Positions 44,251 through 54,375 of a stretch of 64,000 nucleotides of DNA are shown here, in pieces. The stretch spans positions 901,020 through 965,019 of the forward strand of contig CAWGOM010000017.1 in the NCBI GenBank assembly GCA_963824165.1, given 5' to 3'. Both the position numbers and the translations under genes were made by a program. Position 1 is the stretch's first letter, and each line of letters starts with the position of its first letter. This DNA comes from an uncultured Acidobacteriota bacterium (GTDB lineage Bacteria; Acidobacteriota; Thermoanaerobaculia; UBA5066; Gp7-AA6). Under the pieces are notes generated by a model. That model ran no database searches. It was given only the letters and a program-made list of their open reading frames with translations, and was not told the DNA's origin.

Positions 44251-44308
44251 ACTCCACCGTGCCTCCGTCCACCCGAGCCGCCGCGAGAGTGTAAATCACG
44301 CTCGGCGC

Positions 44309-44682
44309 TCAGGGGTCGCGCAGCATCGCGACCAGGCGCTTCGGGGCGACCTCGAGGTACCCGTCCTTCACGAGGCCCGCGAGCACGCCCCGGTCGAGCC
44401 CCTTGTCGAGGTGGATGCCGATCCAGCCCGCGGTCCCGACGTAGGGCGGCACGAAGAAGTGCTCCGGGTCGGCCCGGACGAGGTCCTCCTGCGCGCCCGG
44501 GCGCGGCCTTGCACCAGATGGCGATCCGGCCGTCGCCGTGATGGTTGTTCGCGAACATGACGAACATCCGGTCGCGCACGCGAAAGGTCGGCTCGCCCCA
44601 GGCGATCTTCTCGTGCGCCTCGGGCAGGGCGAGGCAGATCCGGCGGACGCGGTCGTAGAGGCGCTTGCTCGGGACCGGCCAT
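44309..44682 (-). CDS. MmcQ/YjbR family protein (2 frame breaks)
   Basis: [36 protein letters not shown]...[18 protein letters not shown]. Confidence 0.55.
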
Positions 44683-44684
44683 CA

Positions 44685-45243
44685 CTCGGGCCGGGCAGGC
44701 GCATCGCGTCATCGGCCTCGACGGCCGGCGCGAGCCGCAGGGAGTCGAAGAACGCGTCGACCTCGGCCTCGTGCAGGATCGTCCGGGTCTCCGCGGTGTA
44801 GGTGATGCTGTAGAAGCCGTCGCCCGAGTCGATGATGATGACCCGGTGCGGCGGCGGCCGGTCGGGCTTCGAGCCGTAGAGCTCGACGCTCAGGTATCGG
44901 ATCTTCGCCGGATCGAGCCCCTTCGGCTGCCAGCGCTCGGCGAGCATGTCGGGAAAGGACTGGCGCGTGACGGCCATGTCGGCGCGGACGAAGGACTCGA
45001 GGTCCGCGAGCGCCGGCACCTTCGGGTCCTTCGCCTGGTACGCGATGGCGATGGCGCGGTCGGTCGACTCGGGCGTCTTGCCCTTCGGAAGGAACATCAG
45101 CTCGACGTTGGCCTTGCGCGCCCCGGGCGCGTCCATCACCCAGCCCCGCGGAACGTCGTAGCGAGCGTGACGGGCGGCGGTCTGGGCCGGGGCGGCGGCC
45201 GCGGGGCGAGGAAAACCAGGCAACGGCGCGCGACGGCTCGCAC
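44685..45243 (-). CDS. secreted hypothetical protein (ends approximate)
   Basis: GTG at 45243, 4 nt after the argF stop. [27 protein letters not shown]...[19 protein letters not shown]. Confidence 0.4.
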
Positions 45244-45246
45244 GGC

Positions 45247-46256
45247 TCAGGCCAGCGTGGCCACGAGGATGGCCTTGATCGTGTGCATGCGGTTCTCGGC
45301 CTGGTCGAAGACGATCGACGCCGGCGACTCGAAGACGTCCTCGGTCACCTCGAGGCCCTCGAGGCCGAACTTCGCGTACAGCTCCTCGCCCTTGGTGGTC
45401 TCGCGGTTGTGGAAGGCCGGCAGGCAGTGCATGAACTTCGCCCGCGGGTTGCCGGTCGCCTTCATGAGCGCCGCGGTGACGCGGTACTTCTTGAGCGCCC
45501 GGATCCGCTTGCCCCAGGCGTCGGCCGGCTCGCCCATCGACACCCAGACGTCGGTGTGGACGAAGTCGCAGCCCTTCACGCCCTTCTTCGGGTCCTCGGT
45601 GAGCGTGAGCTTCGCGCCGGACGTCCTTCGCGAGCGCGCGCGCGCGGGCGACGACGCCGGCGGCGGGCCAGAGGGACTTCGGCGCGGCGAGGCGCACGTC
45701 CATGCCCATGCGGGCCCCGACGAGAAGCAGCGAGTTGCCCATGTTGTTGCGCGCGTCGCCGAGGTAGGCAGTAGGCGACCTCGTGGAGCGGCTTGTCGGA
45801 GTGCTCCTCCATCGTCAGCAGGTCCGCCAGCATCTGCGTCGGGTGGGACTCGTCGGTCAGGCCGTTGTAGACGGGCACGCCGGCGTGCCGGGCGAGCTCC
45901 TCGACGACGGTCTGCTTGAAGCCGCGGTACTCGATCGCGTCGTACATCCGCCCGAGGACGCGCGCCGTGTCCTTGATCGACTCCTTGTGGCCGATCTGCG
46001 AGCCCGAGGGGTCGAGGTACGTCACGCCCATCCCCTGGTCGTACGCGGCGACCTCGAAGGCGCAGCGCGTGCGGGTCGAGGTCTTTTCGAAGATCAGGCA
46101 GAGGTTGCGGCCCTTCAGCCGCGGCACCTCGGTGCCGGCGTACTTGGCGCGCTTCAGGTCCTTCGACAGGTCGAGGAGGAAGCGGATCTCCTCGCGCGAG
46201 AAGTCGGACATCTCCAGCACGCTGCGGTTCTTCAGGTTGACGGGCATGGGCGACAT
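45247..46256 (-). CDS. argF: ornithine carbamoyltransferase (2-3 frame breaks)
   Basis: [44 protein letters not shown]. Confidence 0.9.
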
Positions 46257-46378
46257 TCTCTCCCGAGTTCGAGGCGGCGGAGACGAGCCGCCCACCGAAG
46301 GCAAACTCCCGGCAGCAGACAACGCCGGGCGCGGCCCGGCGGTACCCCGCCCCGACGACCGGGAGCCACGGACAGGGA

Positions 46379-47042
46379 TCAATCGACGGGGGCCCAGGGG
46401 GGCGGCGGGCGGATGCCCGTCTGCCCGGTCGGTCTCGAGCGTGATCGCGTCGACCGCGGCGGCGATCCTCGCGAGCGCCTCCGCGTCCGACATGGTCGAC
46501 GGGATCGGAAACGGCTCGCCATACCCCAGCACGCAGCGCGAGAACGGCTTGGGCAGGAGATACCGGTCCCAGGACCTCAGGAACAGGGGCCGCGTGCACG
46601 AATACGCGTGCGGGAGGATCCAGGCGCCGGTTTCGCGCGCCAGGCGCAGGATCCCCGGCTGCACGACGCGCGGCGGTCCCTTCGGGCCGTCCACCGTCAG
46701 GGCGGAGGTATGCCCGGCGCGCACGCATTCGATCATCTCGTGGAGCGCCGTGCCCCCGCCCTTTCCGGTCGAGCCGCGGGCGGCGATGTAGCCGTGCCGG
46801 ACGAGCCACCGCGCGATGATCTCGCCGTCCTTCGAGCGCGAGGCCATGGTCACCATGCTCTCGTGGGTATGGGCCATCGTCGGGAGGATCAGCCGGCCGT
46901 GCCAGAGGGCGTAGACGACCGGGACACCGCGCTTCAGCACGGCCCGCTCGTGCTCCGGGTGGAGCGTCTCGATCCGGAGCGTCGCGCGCAGGCCGAAGAC
47001 GCCGGCGCCGACGAGGCCGGCCTTGACGCGGGCGCCGAGCAT
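46379..47042 (-). CDS. DUF374 / lysophospholipid acyltransferase-like protein (3' end inferred through a frame break)
   Basis: [28 protein letters not shown]...[22 protein letters not shown]. Confidence 0.55.
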
Positions 47043-47047
47043 GCTGC

Positions 47048-48010
47048 CTACGGGCGGCGCGGCGCCGCGAAGTGCGCCGCGACCCTCGCGTACACGCTCG
47101 GGATGACTTCGGGAACCGTCTTCACGCCCTTCGTGAACACGGCCACGATGAAGTCCGAGCCGTTCGGCAGCGCGACCCGGGCGACGAGGTGGTGGAAGTC
47201 GTAGGCGTCGCCGGACTTGGCCCAGACGCGGCTGCCCTTCGGGAAGGCCCTGCCCCGCCAGGCGCGCGTCCTCGAGCTCGACGTCCTCGAGTGGCTCGTG
47301 CGCCGTGATGTCGCGCGCGAGCAAGGCGAGCATCTCGTCGGTCAGGGCCTCGCCCGCGACCTCGCCCCGCACGATCTCCTTGAAGATGCGGGCGGCGTCG
47401 GCGGCGGTCATGCGATTGCGGTTCTTGCCGCCGTCACGAAACGCCTGCTCCCGGCCGTAGGCGTCCTCGCAGAAGGTCTTCTGATTGGCGTTCAGGTTCG
47501 TGTAGCCGCGGCCGCGGTACCAGTCGTTGACGGCGTTGCGTTTGGCCTTCCAGCGCTCCCACTCGAGCCCCGAGAGCTCGGGCCCGGAGGTCGTGCCCGT
47601 GATCGAATCCACCACGAACCCGGTCGCGTCGTTCGAGGAGACCGTGATCATGTCGTGGACGGCCCGGGAAAGCTCCGGCGTGTCGTCGAGCTTGCCGGAC
47701 TGCCTGCGCGCCTCGTAGTAGGAGAGGTAGCAGATCTTCACGACCGAGCACGGGTAGTAGGACACGTCGCCGCGCCAGGCGCCGGCGGGGAACGATCCTC
47801 CCGGGACGGGCCCCGTCATGTCGATGACCGCGATCGAGAGGCCCTCCTCGGCCAGGCCCTTCTCGGCGAACGCGGCCACCGTCTCGGCGGCGATCTTCGC
47901 CAGCGCCTGGTCGAGGGCGGGAGAGGGATCGAGCTTCGAGATCGGCGCGGGCGCTTCCGCCGCCTCGAGGGCCGCCGCCACGGCGAGGGCGGCGGCGAGA
48001 CCCGCGAGAC
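47048..48010 (-). CDS. class A beta-lactamase-related serine hydrolase, secreted (start uncertain, 1-2 frame breaks)
   Basis: SxxK (CSVVK), SxN (VSSNDA) and KSG (WAKSGDAY) motifs in the canonical order. Confidence 0.6.
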
Positions 48011-48013
48011 GCC

Positions 48014-48307
48014 TCAGGGGCGCGCCTCCCGGGACTCCGGGAAGGGCAGCGGGACCTTCGCGGCCGGAAGCGCGGCCGCCTGCCGCCGCTTCGCCCGCAG
48101 GACGAGCAGGACGACCGTGCCGGCCGCGGCAAACGGCATCGACATCATCAGGAGGATCGACCAGAACATCCCGCGCCACATGCCGGGGCCGGCGTTCGGG
48201 GTCTCCTCCTTGCAGAGCGGGCAGGCCGACGCGGCCGCCGTCAGGACGATCGCGGCGAGCACCGCGATCGCGACCGTGCGAAGGGCTTTCCTCCCGGCCG
48301 GGCTCAT
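48014..48307 (-). CDS. small two-TM protein with CPLC motif, oxidase-operon associated
   Basis: [35 protein letters not shown]...[24 protein letters not shown]. Intact, 97 aa. Confidence 0.45.
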   Translation of the reverse strand: MSPAGRKALRTVAIAVLAAIVLTAAASACPLCKEETPNAGPGMWRGMFWSILLMMSMPFAAAGTVVLLVLRAKRRQAAALPAAKVPLPFPESREARP

Positions 48308-48312
48308 CGGCG

Positions 48313-48753
48313 TCACCTTACCCGAATCGGGCCGGGATCGTAAAGCTGGTAGAGCATCAGGTAGATCACGACCCCGGTCACCGAGACGTAGACCCAGAGC
48401 GGGAAGGTCCAGCGCGCCAGCCGCCGGTGGGTCTCGTCCCGGCGCTTCAGGCCGAGATACAGGGTGCGCAGCACCATGGGCACGATCGCGGCGGCCAGCA
48501 CCGTGTGGGTGAGCAGGATCCCGAAGTAGACCGTGCGCACGGCGCCCTGCCCCGTGAAGCGCACCGAGCCGACGGCGGCGTGGTAGACGAGGTAGCAGGC
48601 CAGAAACACCGTCGAGGTCGCGGCCGCCGACAGCATCAGCTTCCGGTGTCGCTCGATCGCGTGCGCGCGCACGGCCCGATAGCCGAGGATCAACAGGACC
48701 GCGCTCGCCGCGTTCAGCGTCGCGTTGACGGCGGGAAGCTGGGTGACGTCCAC
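48313..48753 (-). CDS. DUF420 (CtaM-like) membrane protein
   Basis: Intact, 146 aa. [19 protein letters not shown]...HRKLML...[13 protein letters not shown]...[23 protein letters not shown]. Confidence 0.65.
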   Translation of the reverse strand: MDVTQLPAVNATLNAASAVLLILGYRAVRAHAIERHRKLMLSAAATSTVFLACYLVYHAAVGSVRFTGQGAVRTVYFGILLTHTVLAAAIVPMVLRTLYLGLKRRDETHRRLARWTFPLWVYVSVTGVVIYLMLYQLYDPGPIRVR

Positions 48754-48774
48754 GGGCGACTGGGCCGTTCCGGC

Positions 48775-48826
48775 GTAGGGGCGGGGCTTGTCTCCGCCCT
48801 CGGGCGGCCACGAGGGCCGCCCCTAC
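48775..48826. repeat. REP-like double-hairpin element, copy C
   Basis: GTAGGGGCGGGGCTTGTCTCCGCCCTCGGGCGGCCACGAGGGCCGCCCCTAC, between the ctaE stop and the DUF420 start. Confidence 0.8.
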
Positions 48827-48834
48827 GACGGGAG

Positions 48835-49437
48835 CTAGATCAGGTACACGATTGCGAAGAGCAGGATCCACACCAGGTCGACGAAGTGCCAGTAGAGGCC
48901 GAGCGTCTCGATCCCGAGGTGGTGCTCCGGCGTGTACTTGCCGAGGAAGAGCTTGCCCGTGCACCACGCGATGCAGACGACGCCGCAGAACACGTGGAAG
49001 CCGTGGAAGCCGGTCATCGTGTAGAAGGTCGACCCGAAGAGGGAGACGTGCGGGTTGAAGCCCGCGTGGAGCAGGTGCTTGTACTCGTAGACCTGGACGC
49101 CGAGAAAGACCGAGCCGCCGAAGAGCGTCAGGCACATGAAGAGCTTCGCCTTCGCGACGTTGCCCCGCTGGATCCACTCGAGGGCCTTGACCATCGTGAC
49201 CGACGAGCAGATCAGGATGAACGTGTTCGCGGCCGTCAGCCAGATGTTCAGGACGGTCTTGGGGTCCGGCCAGGTCGAGCCGTAGCGCAGGACGATGTAC
49301 GAGCCGATCAGCCCCGTGAAGAACATGACCTCCGAGCAGAGGAAGACCCACATCCCCATCTTGTCGTGGGGAATGCCGGTCGAGGTCCGGTCTTCCTCGG
49401 CGTGCGGGTCAAACGTGATCGCGGCGGCGTGATCCAT
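48835..49437 (-). CDS. ctaE: cytochrome c oxidase subunit III
   Basis: Intact. MWVFLCSEVMFFTGL, FYTMTGFHGFHV, LYWHFVDLVW. Confidence 0.9.
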   Translation of the reverse strand: MDHAAAITFDPHAEEDRTSTGIPHDKMGMWVFLCSEVMFFTGLIGSYIVLRYGSTWPDPKTVLNIWLTAANTFILICSSVTMVKALEWIQRGNVAKAKLFMCLTLFGGSVFLGVQVYEYKHLLHAGFNPHVSLFGSTFYTMTGFHGFHVFCGVVCIAWCTGKLFLGKYTPEHHLGIETLGLYWHFVDLVWILLFAIVYLI

Positions 49438-49459
49438 GTCGTTGTTCGCTCCTGCTCTG

Positions 49460-49759
49460 TTACGGCCTGGGCAGAACCAGCTCGCCGATCCCGACGGACA
49501 CCAGGATGCATCCGAGGATCAGCGTCGACGCGAAGAGGATGCCCATGATCCGGCGCTCGAACTTCAGGTGCATGAAGTAGAGAGCCACCAGCACGGCCTT
49601 GATGATCGCCATGCCGACGATCCCCGACGCCAGGATGAGCTCCGAGCGGTGCGGGATGATCGCCCAGGCGACCTCGGCGATCGTGAGCCCGAGCAGCCAC
49701 CAGAAGATGGCCATGTAGTTCGGAATCTGGTGGGTGTCGCTCTTGGCGTCGGACGACAT
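49460..49759 (-). CDS. cytochrome c oxidase subunit IV (bacterial small subunit family)
   Basis: Intact, 99 aa, three helices. YMAIFWWLLGLTIAEV...IKAVLVALYFMHLKFE. Confidence 0.7.
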   Translation of the reverse strand: MSSDAKSDTHQIPNYMAIFWWLLGLTIAEVAWAIIPHRSELILASGIVGMAIIKAVLVALYFMHLKFERRIMGILFASTLILGCILVSVGIGELVLPRP

Positions 49760-49770
49760 GCCTTACCCCC

Positions 49771-49878
49771 TCAATGCGCTCGCGAAATGATGAAGAGAAT
49801 CGACCCGAGAAAGAGGCCCGCCCCGAGGCTCACGAGGATCCACAGCAGGCGGCGGTTGCCGGCGGCGGTCGCACTCAT
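49771..49878 (-). CDS. 35-aa single-TM peptide in the oxidase operon
   Basis: ATGA overlap with the ctaB stop. MSATAAGNRRLLWILVSLGAGLFLGSILFIISRAH. Confidence 0.35.
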   Translation of the reverse strand: MSATAAGNRRLLWILVSLGAGLFLGSILFIISRAH

Positions 49879-50772
49879 CGGTCGAACACCATGAGCCCCA
49901 GCAGGGCCGGAAGGTAGAGCACGGACACGAGGAAGAGGCGCCGCGCCGCCGGCACCGTGCGCTTCCACGCGAAGACGCCGGCGAAGGCCAGGAACGTGAC
50001 GCCGAGCAGCAACGCCCCCCATAGGTAGCCCCGGCCCGCCGAGGCGAGCATTCCCGCCGCGAGCGTGACGGGCAGGAGCGCCGTCGCGTAGAGGACCGCC
50101 TGGCGGCCGGTCGAGCTGCCGTCGCGGTCGGTCACCGCGAGCATCGGGAACCCGCCGCGTGCGTAGTCGTCGCGATAAAGCCACCCGATCGCCAGGAAGT
50201 GCGGGAGCTGCCAGAGAAAGAGGATGGCGAAGAGGCCCCATCCCGCCGGTCCGAGCGAGCCGCGGGCCGCGGCCCAGCCCATCAGGGGCGGCAGGGCTCC
50301 GGGCACGGCGCCCACGACCGTGCAGAGCGAGGTCACGCGCTTCAACGGCGTGTAGGCGAACACGTAGGAGGCGAGCGACGCGGCGCCGAGGGCGAGGGTC
50401 AGCGGGTTGACGAAGGCGAGGAGAAGGAGCCCGACGGCCGAAACCGCGATGCCGAAGGCGCGGGCGTCCTCGGGCCGCAGCCGCCCCGACGGGATCGGGC
50501 GCCGGCTGCGTCCGGTGCATGAGGGCGTCCGTGTCGCGCTCGACGTAGTTGTTGAGCGCCGAGGCTCCGCCGCACAGGAGGGCCGTGCCGACCATGAAGA
50601 GCAGAAAGGCCAGGCCCGAGAAGCTCCCCGGACCGCCGCCGACGGCGTAGCCGACGCCGGCCGTCACCAGGACGAGCATGGTGATCCGGGGCTTCGCGAG
50701 CTCGAGATAGTCGGAGAAGCGCGACGTCGCCTCTTCGACCGGCAGCGCCGCCGCGGCGCGCGCTACTTCCAT
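49875..50772 (-). CDS. ctaB: protoheme IX farnesyltransferase (heme O synthase), about 2 frame breaks
   Basis: YLELAKPRITMLVL, ASALNNYVERDTDALM, YTPLKRVT, LWQLPHFLAIGW. Confidence 0.85.
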
Positions 50773-51747
50773 CCGGCCGCCCTTCCCGGCATCGACGGCC
50801 GGATCGGCACGACGTTGTTGCGGCGCCGCTCGAGGGCGAGCGCCGAAACCGAGAGCGCCAGGGTCGAGCCGAGTAGCAACGCTCCCGTCGCGACGTGCGC
50901 CGTCGTCAGAACGACGTCCTTCTTCGAGAGCACCGTGAGCGCGCCGAGCGTGACCTGGACGGCGACCAGGGCGCCGAGCCACGCGGCCGCTTTCCGGAGG
51001 CCGGGACGTCCCGAGCGGAAGGCGCGCACCACGGAGGCGGCGACGAGCCCGGCCACGCAGAGGGCGCCGATCCGGTGCGCGAAGGCGATCGCGACCGGGA
51101 AAGCGTCGAGCGGCGGAACGATCCGGCCGAGCGCGAGCGGGAAGTCCGGGATCGCGAGGCCCGACTTCGTGTGGCGCATGACCGCGCCCACGAGAAGCTG
51201 CACGAAGACGACGCCGGCCGTCGCCGCCGCGATCCTCGAGACGGGGTTCGCGCGGAAGGCGGTCGCGAGGCTCGCCGGCGCAAACTGCCGGAACCGCGGC
51301 GAGGTCACGACGGCGATCGCGACGGTCAGGCAGAAGAAGATCTGGGCGAGGCAGCCGTGCGCCACGGAGATGGGCGTGGGCAGGTAATAGAGGACCGTCA
51401 ACCCGCCGAGCAGGCCCTGCGCGACGACGGTCAGCGAGCGCGACGTAGCCCAGGCGGCGCACCCACCGGCGCTCCTCGCGCCGGGCCAGCCAGACCGCGA
51501 GGACGATCGTCAGCAGCCCCACGGTCGAGGCGATGAGCCGGTGCGTGTGCTCGAACTTGATCCCGCCGACCATCTTCGAAAGCGGGAACGTGAACATGTT
51601 CCAGCCGTAGGTCGTCGGCCAGTCGGGAACCGAGAGGCCGGACTCGGTCGACGTCACGAGGCCCCCCGCGACGATCAGGACGAGCGTCGCCGCGGCAACG
51701 GCGACGGCGTAGCGGTGCAGGCCGCGTGCCTCCGGGGAACTAGCCAT
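50763..51747 (-). CDS. ctaA: heme A synthase (COX15/CtaA), one frame break near 51430
   Basis: GGLVTSTESGLSVPDWPTTYG, EHTHRLIAS, second half AVMRHTKSGLAIPDFP...AFAHRIGA. Its ATG overlaps the ctaD stop. Confidence 0.8.
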
Positions 51748-53535
51748 GCGCCTTCGCGGGAGCCGGGCCCGTCGGGGCCTCGGACTGCGGCCAGTAGTCC
51801 GAAGCGCGGCCGGGGACGCTGAACTCGTAGGGCCCGCGGTGCACCGTCGGAATGCGCCCCGTGAAGTTCTCGTGGGGCGGCGGCGAGGAGGTCTGCCACT
51901 CGAGCGTGTTGGCGTGCCAGGGGTTCGGGCCCGCGACCTTGCCGCGCCGGAGCGACAGGAAGAAGTTCAGGACGAGGATCAGCTGCGCCGCGCCGAGGAC
52001 GAAGAGCGCGATACGTCATCATCTGGTTCATCGGCTGCAGGTTCTTGAAGAGCGAGTACTGCGTGTAGTCGTAGATCCGGCGCGGCATGCCCCGCATGCC
52101 GAGGAAGTGCATCGGGAAGAACACGAGGTTGAACGTGACGAAGGTGATGGCCCGAAGTGAATCTTGCCCCACGTCTCGTTCATCATCCGGCCGAACATCT
52201 TCGGGTACCAGAAGTAGAGGCCGGCGAACGCGCCGAAGAGCGAGCCGCCGAAGAGCACGTAGTGGATGTGGCCGACGATGAAGTAGGTGTCGTGGATGAA
52301 GATGTCGACCGGCGTCGAGGCCATGAAGATGCCGGAGAGGCCGCCGATGACGAACATCGACACGAACGACAGGGCGTTGCAGCATCGGCGTCGTGAAGCG
52401 GACGTCGCCGCCCCAGAGCGTCCCCAGCCAGTTGAACGTCTTGATCGCCGACGGGCACGGCGATGACCATCGTCGAGATCATGAAGGTCGTGCCGAGGAT
52501 CGGGTTCATGCCGCTCTGGAACATGTGGTGTCCCCAGACGATGAACCCGAGGACCGCGATCCCCATCATCGAGTACGCCATCGCGCGGTAGCCGAAGATG
52601 GGCTTGCGGCAGAAGACCGGCAGGATCTCCGAGGCGATGCCCATCGCGGGCAGGATCATGATGTAGACCTCGGGGTGCCCGAAGAACCAGAAGAGGTGCT
52701 GCCACAGCAGCGGCTGGCCGCCGCCGGCGTTCGTCAGCGCCTGCCCCGAGACGACGAGGCCGGCCGGCAGGAAGAACGTCGTGCCGAGCGTCCGGTCGAA
52801 GAGCAGCATGATCAGCGCCGCCGAGAGCACGGGCAGCGCCAGCAGCAGCAGGATCGCCGTGATGAAGAGCGCCCAGATCGTCAGCGGCATGCGGAAGAAG
52901 GTCATGCCCGGGCGCGCGCATGTTGATGATCGTCGTGATGAAGTTGACCGACGTCAGCAGCGACGAGAGGCCGAGGATCAGGAGCGAGATCAGCCAGAGC
53001 GTCTGGCCCTCTCGGCTGGATCGCCGAGAGCGGCGCGTAGGAGGTCCAGCCGCCTCCGGCCGCGCCCCCGGTCACGAAGAAGCGACCAGATGATGATGAC
53101 CGCCGCCGGCACGGCCACCCAGAACGACATCATGTTGAGCCTCGGGAAGGCCATGTCGCGGGCGCCGATCTGGATGGGCACGACGAAGTTGCCGAACGCG
53201 CCGATCAGGATCGGCATGATCGCGAAGAAGATCATGATCGTCGCGTGCATCGTGAAGAGCGAGTTGTAGAACTCGGGCAGCATCACGCCGCCGGGCATGC
53301 CCTCCGGGGCGAGCTTGCCCATGAACGGCAGCGGCCGGCCGGGCCACGCGAGCTGATACCGCACGAGGGTCGCGAGCAGCCCGCCGACGACGAGCATCGC
53401 CAGGGCGTAGAACATGTACTGGATGCCGATCACCTTGTGGTCGAGCGAGAAGACGTACTTGCGCCAGAACGACGTCGGCGCCGCATGGACGCCCGCGTGG
53501 GCGTGCGCTTCGCGGGGGACCGCGACGGTGCTCAA
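51740..53535 (-). CDS. ctaD: cytochrome c oxidase subunit I (at least 5 frame breaks)
   Basis: DHKVIGIQYMF, GFGNFVVPIQIGARDMAFPRLN, FWFFGHPEVYIMILP, GHHMF, HDTYFIVGHIHYVLFGG, traced through ORFs 52990..54183, 52183..52905, 52028..52921 and 51675..52385. Confidence 0.9.
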
Positions 53536-54356
53536 GAATTGCCTCCCTTTTCCGCGGCCGCGACCGCCTGGGCCGGCGCGGGCTGCCGTTCCGCTTCCTG
53601 CGCCGCGGCCTGCTCGGCCAGCCATTTCTGGAAGTTCTCGGGCGTGTCGACGGTGACGAAGCCCTTCATCCGGTAGTGGCCGAGCCCGCAGAGCTCGGCG
53701 CACGCGATCTCCCAGTTTCCGACGCGGTTGGCCTCGAACCAGATCCGCGTCTTCATGCCCGGCACGGCGTCCTGCTTGACGCGGAACTCCGGCAGGAAGA
53801 ACGAGTGGATGACGTCCTTGGAGGAGAGCGTGGCGACGACGGGCTTGCCGACCGGAAAGTGGAGCTGGTTGAGGGTCAGAACGTCGTCGGGCGTGTCGAA
53901 CTTTCCGTCCGCCCCGGCGTAGCGGAAGTTCCACGCGAACTGCTCGCCCGTGATCTGGACCTGGACCGCGTCGGTGGGCATGCGCTCCTTGATCTCCGTC
54001 CAGATGCGCCGCGACAGGAGCGCCAGCATCACGCAGATCAGGGCCGGCACGATCGTCCAGATCACCTCGAGCCGGTTGTTGCCGTGCGTGTAGTGCGCCC
54101 GCCGGCCCTCGCGGTGCCGGTACTTCCAGAGGAAGTAGAGCAGGAGCACCTCGACGATCACGAAGATGACGCCGGTGATCCACATGATGAGGTGAAAGAT
54201 CGCGTCGATCTCGTGGGCATAGGTCGAGGCCTGCTCGGGCAGGCGCAGCCAGAACGGCAGCGCGCCCGCGGCCGCCGGGGCGAGCGCCGCCGCGAAAAAG
54301 AAAAGCGCCGGCCGGAGTGCCCGGACGGCGCGCGAGAACCGCAAAGTGTTGTTCAC
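53532..54356 (-). CDS. ctaC: cytochrome c oxidase subunit II (CuA domain only, no fused cytochrome c)
   Basis: Intact. Two N-terminal helices. DVIHSFFLPEF and CAELCGLGHYRM CuA motif. The C-terminus is an Ala/Gln-rich tail. Confidence 0.9.
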   Translation of the reverse strand: MNNTLRFSRAVRALRPALFFFAAALAPAAAGALPFWLRLPEQASTYAHEIDAIFHLIMWITGVIFVIVEVLLLYFLWKYRHREGRRAHYTHGNNRLEVIWTIVPALICVMLALLSRRIWTEIKERMPTDAVQVQITGEQFAWNFRYAGADGKFDTPDDVLTLNQLHFPVGKPVVATLSSKDVIHSFFLPEFRVKQDAVPGMKTRIWFEANRVGNWEIACAELCGLGHYRMKGFVTVDTPENFQKWLAEQAAAQEAERQPAPAQAVAAAEKGGNS

Positions 54357-54375
54357 GGCGGGGTAGATTACCGGA

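Noticed and set aside
46290-46360. Possible fourth REP-like copy upstream of argF (GGGCGGCTCGTCTCCGCC hairpin).
   Set aside because: It shares the CTCGTCT loop hairpin but lacks the GTAGGGGC / GCCCCTAC termini. It may be a degenerate relative, but cannot be assigned by eye.
46256-46381. DUF374 acyltransferase reading in frame through the spacer into argF.
   Set aside because: The linking peptide is Pro/Gly/Arg/Ser-rich junk. A TGA (46381..46379) lies in the adjacent frame just after a C/G homopolymer run. I treat these as two genes with an indel.
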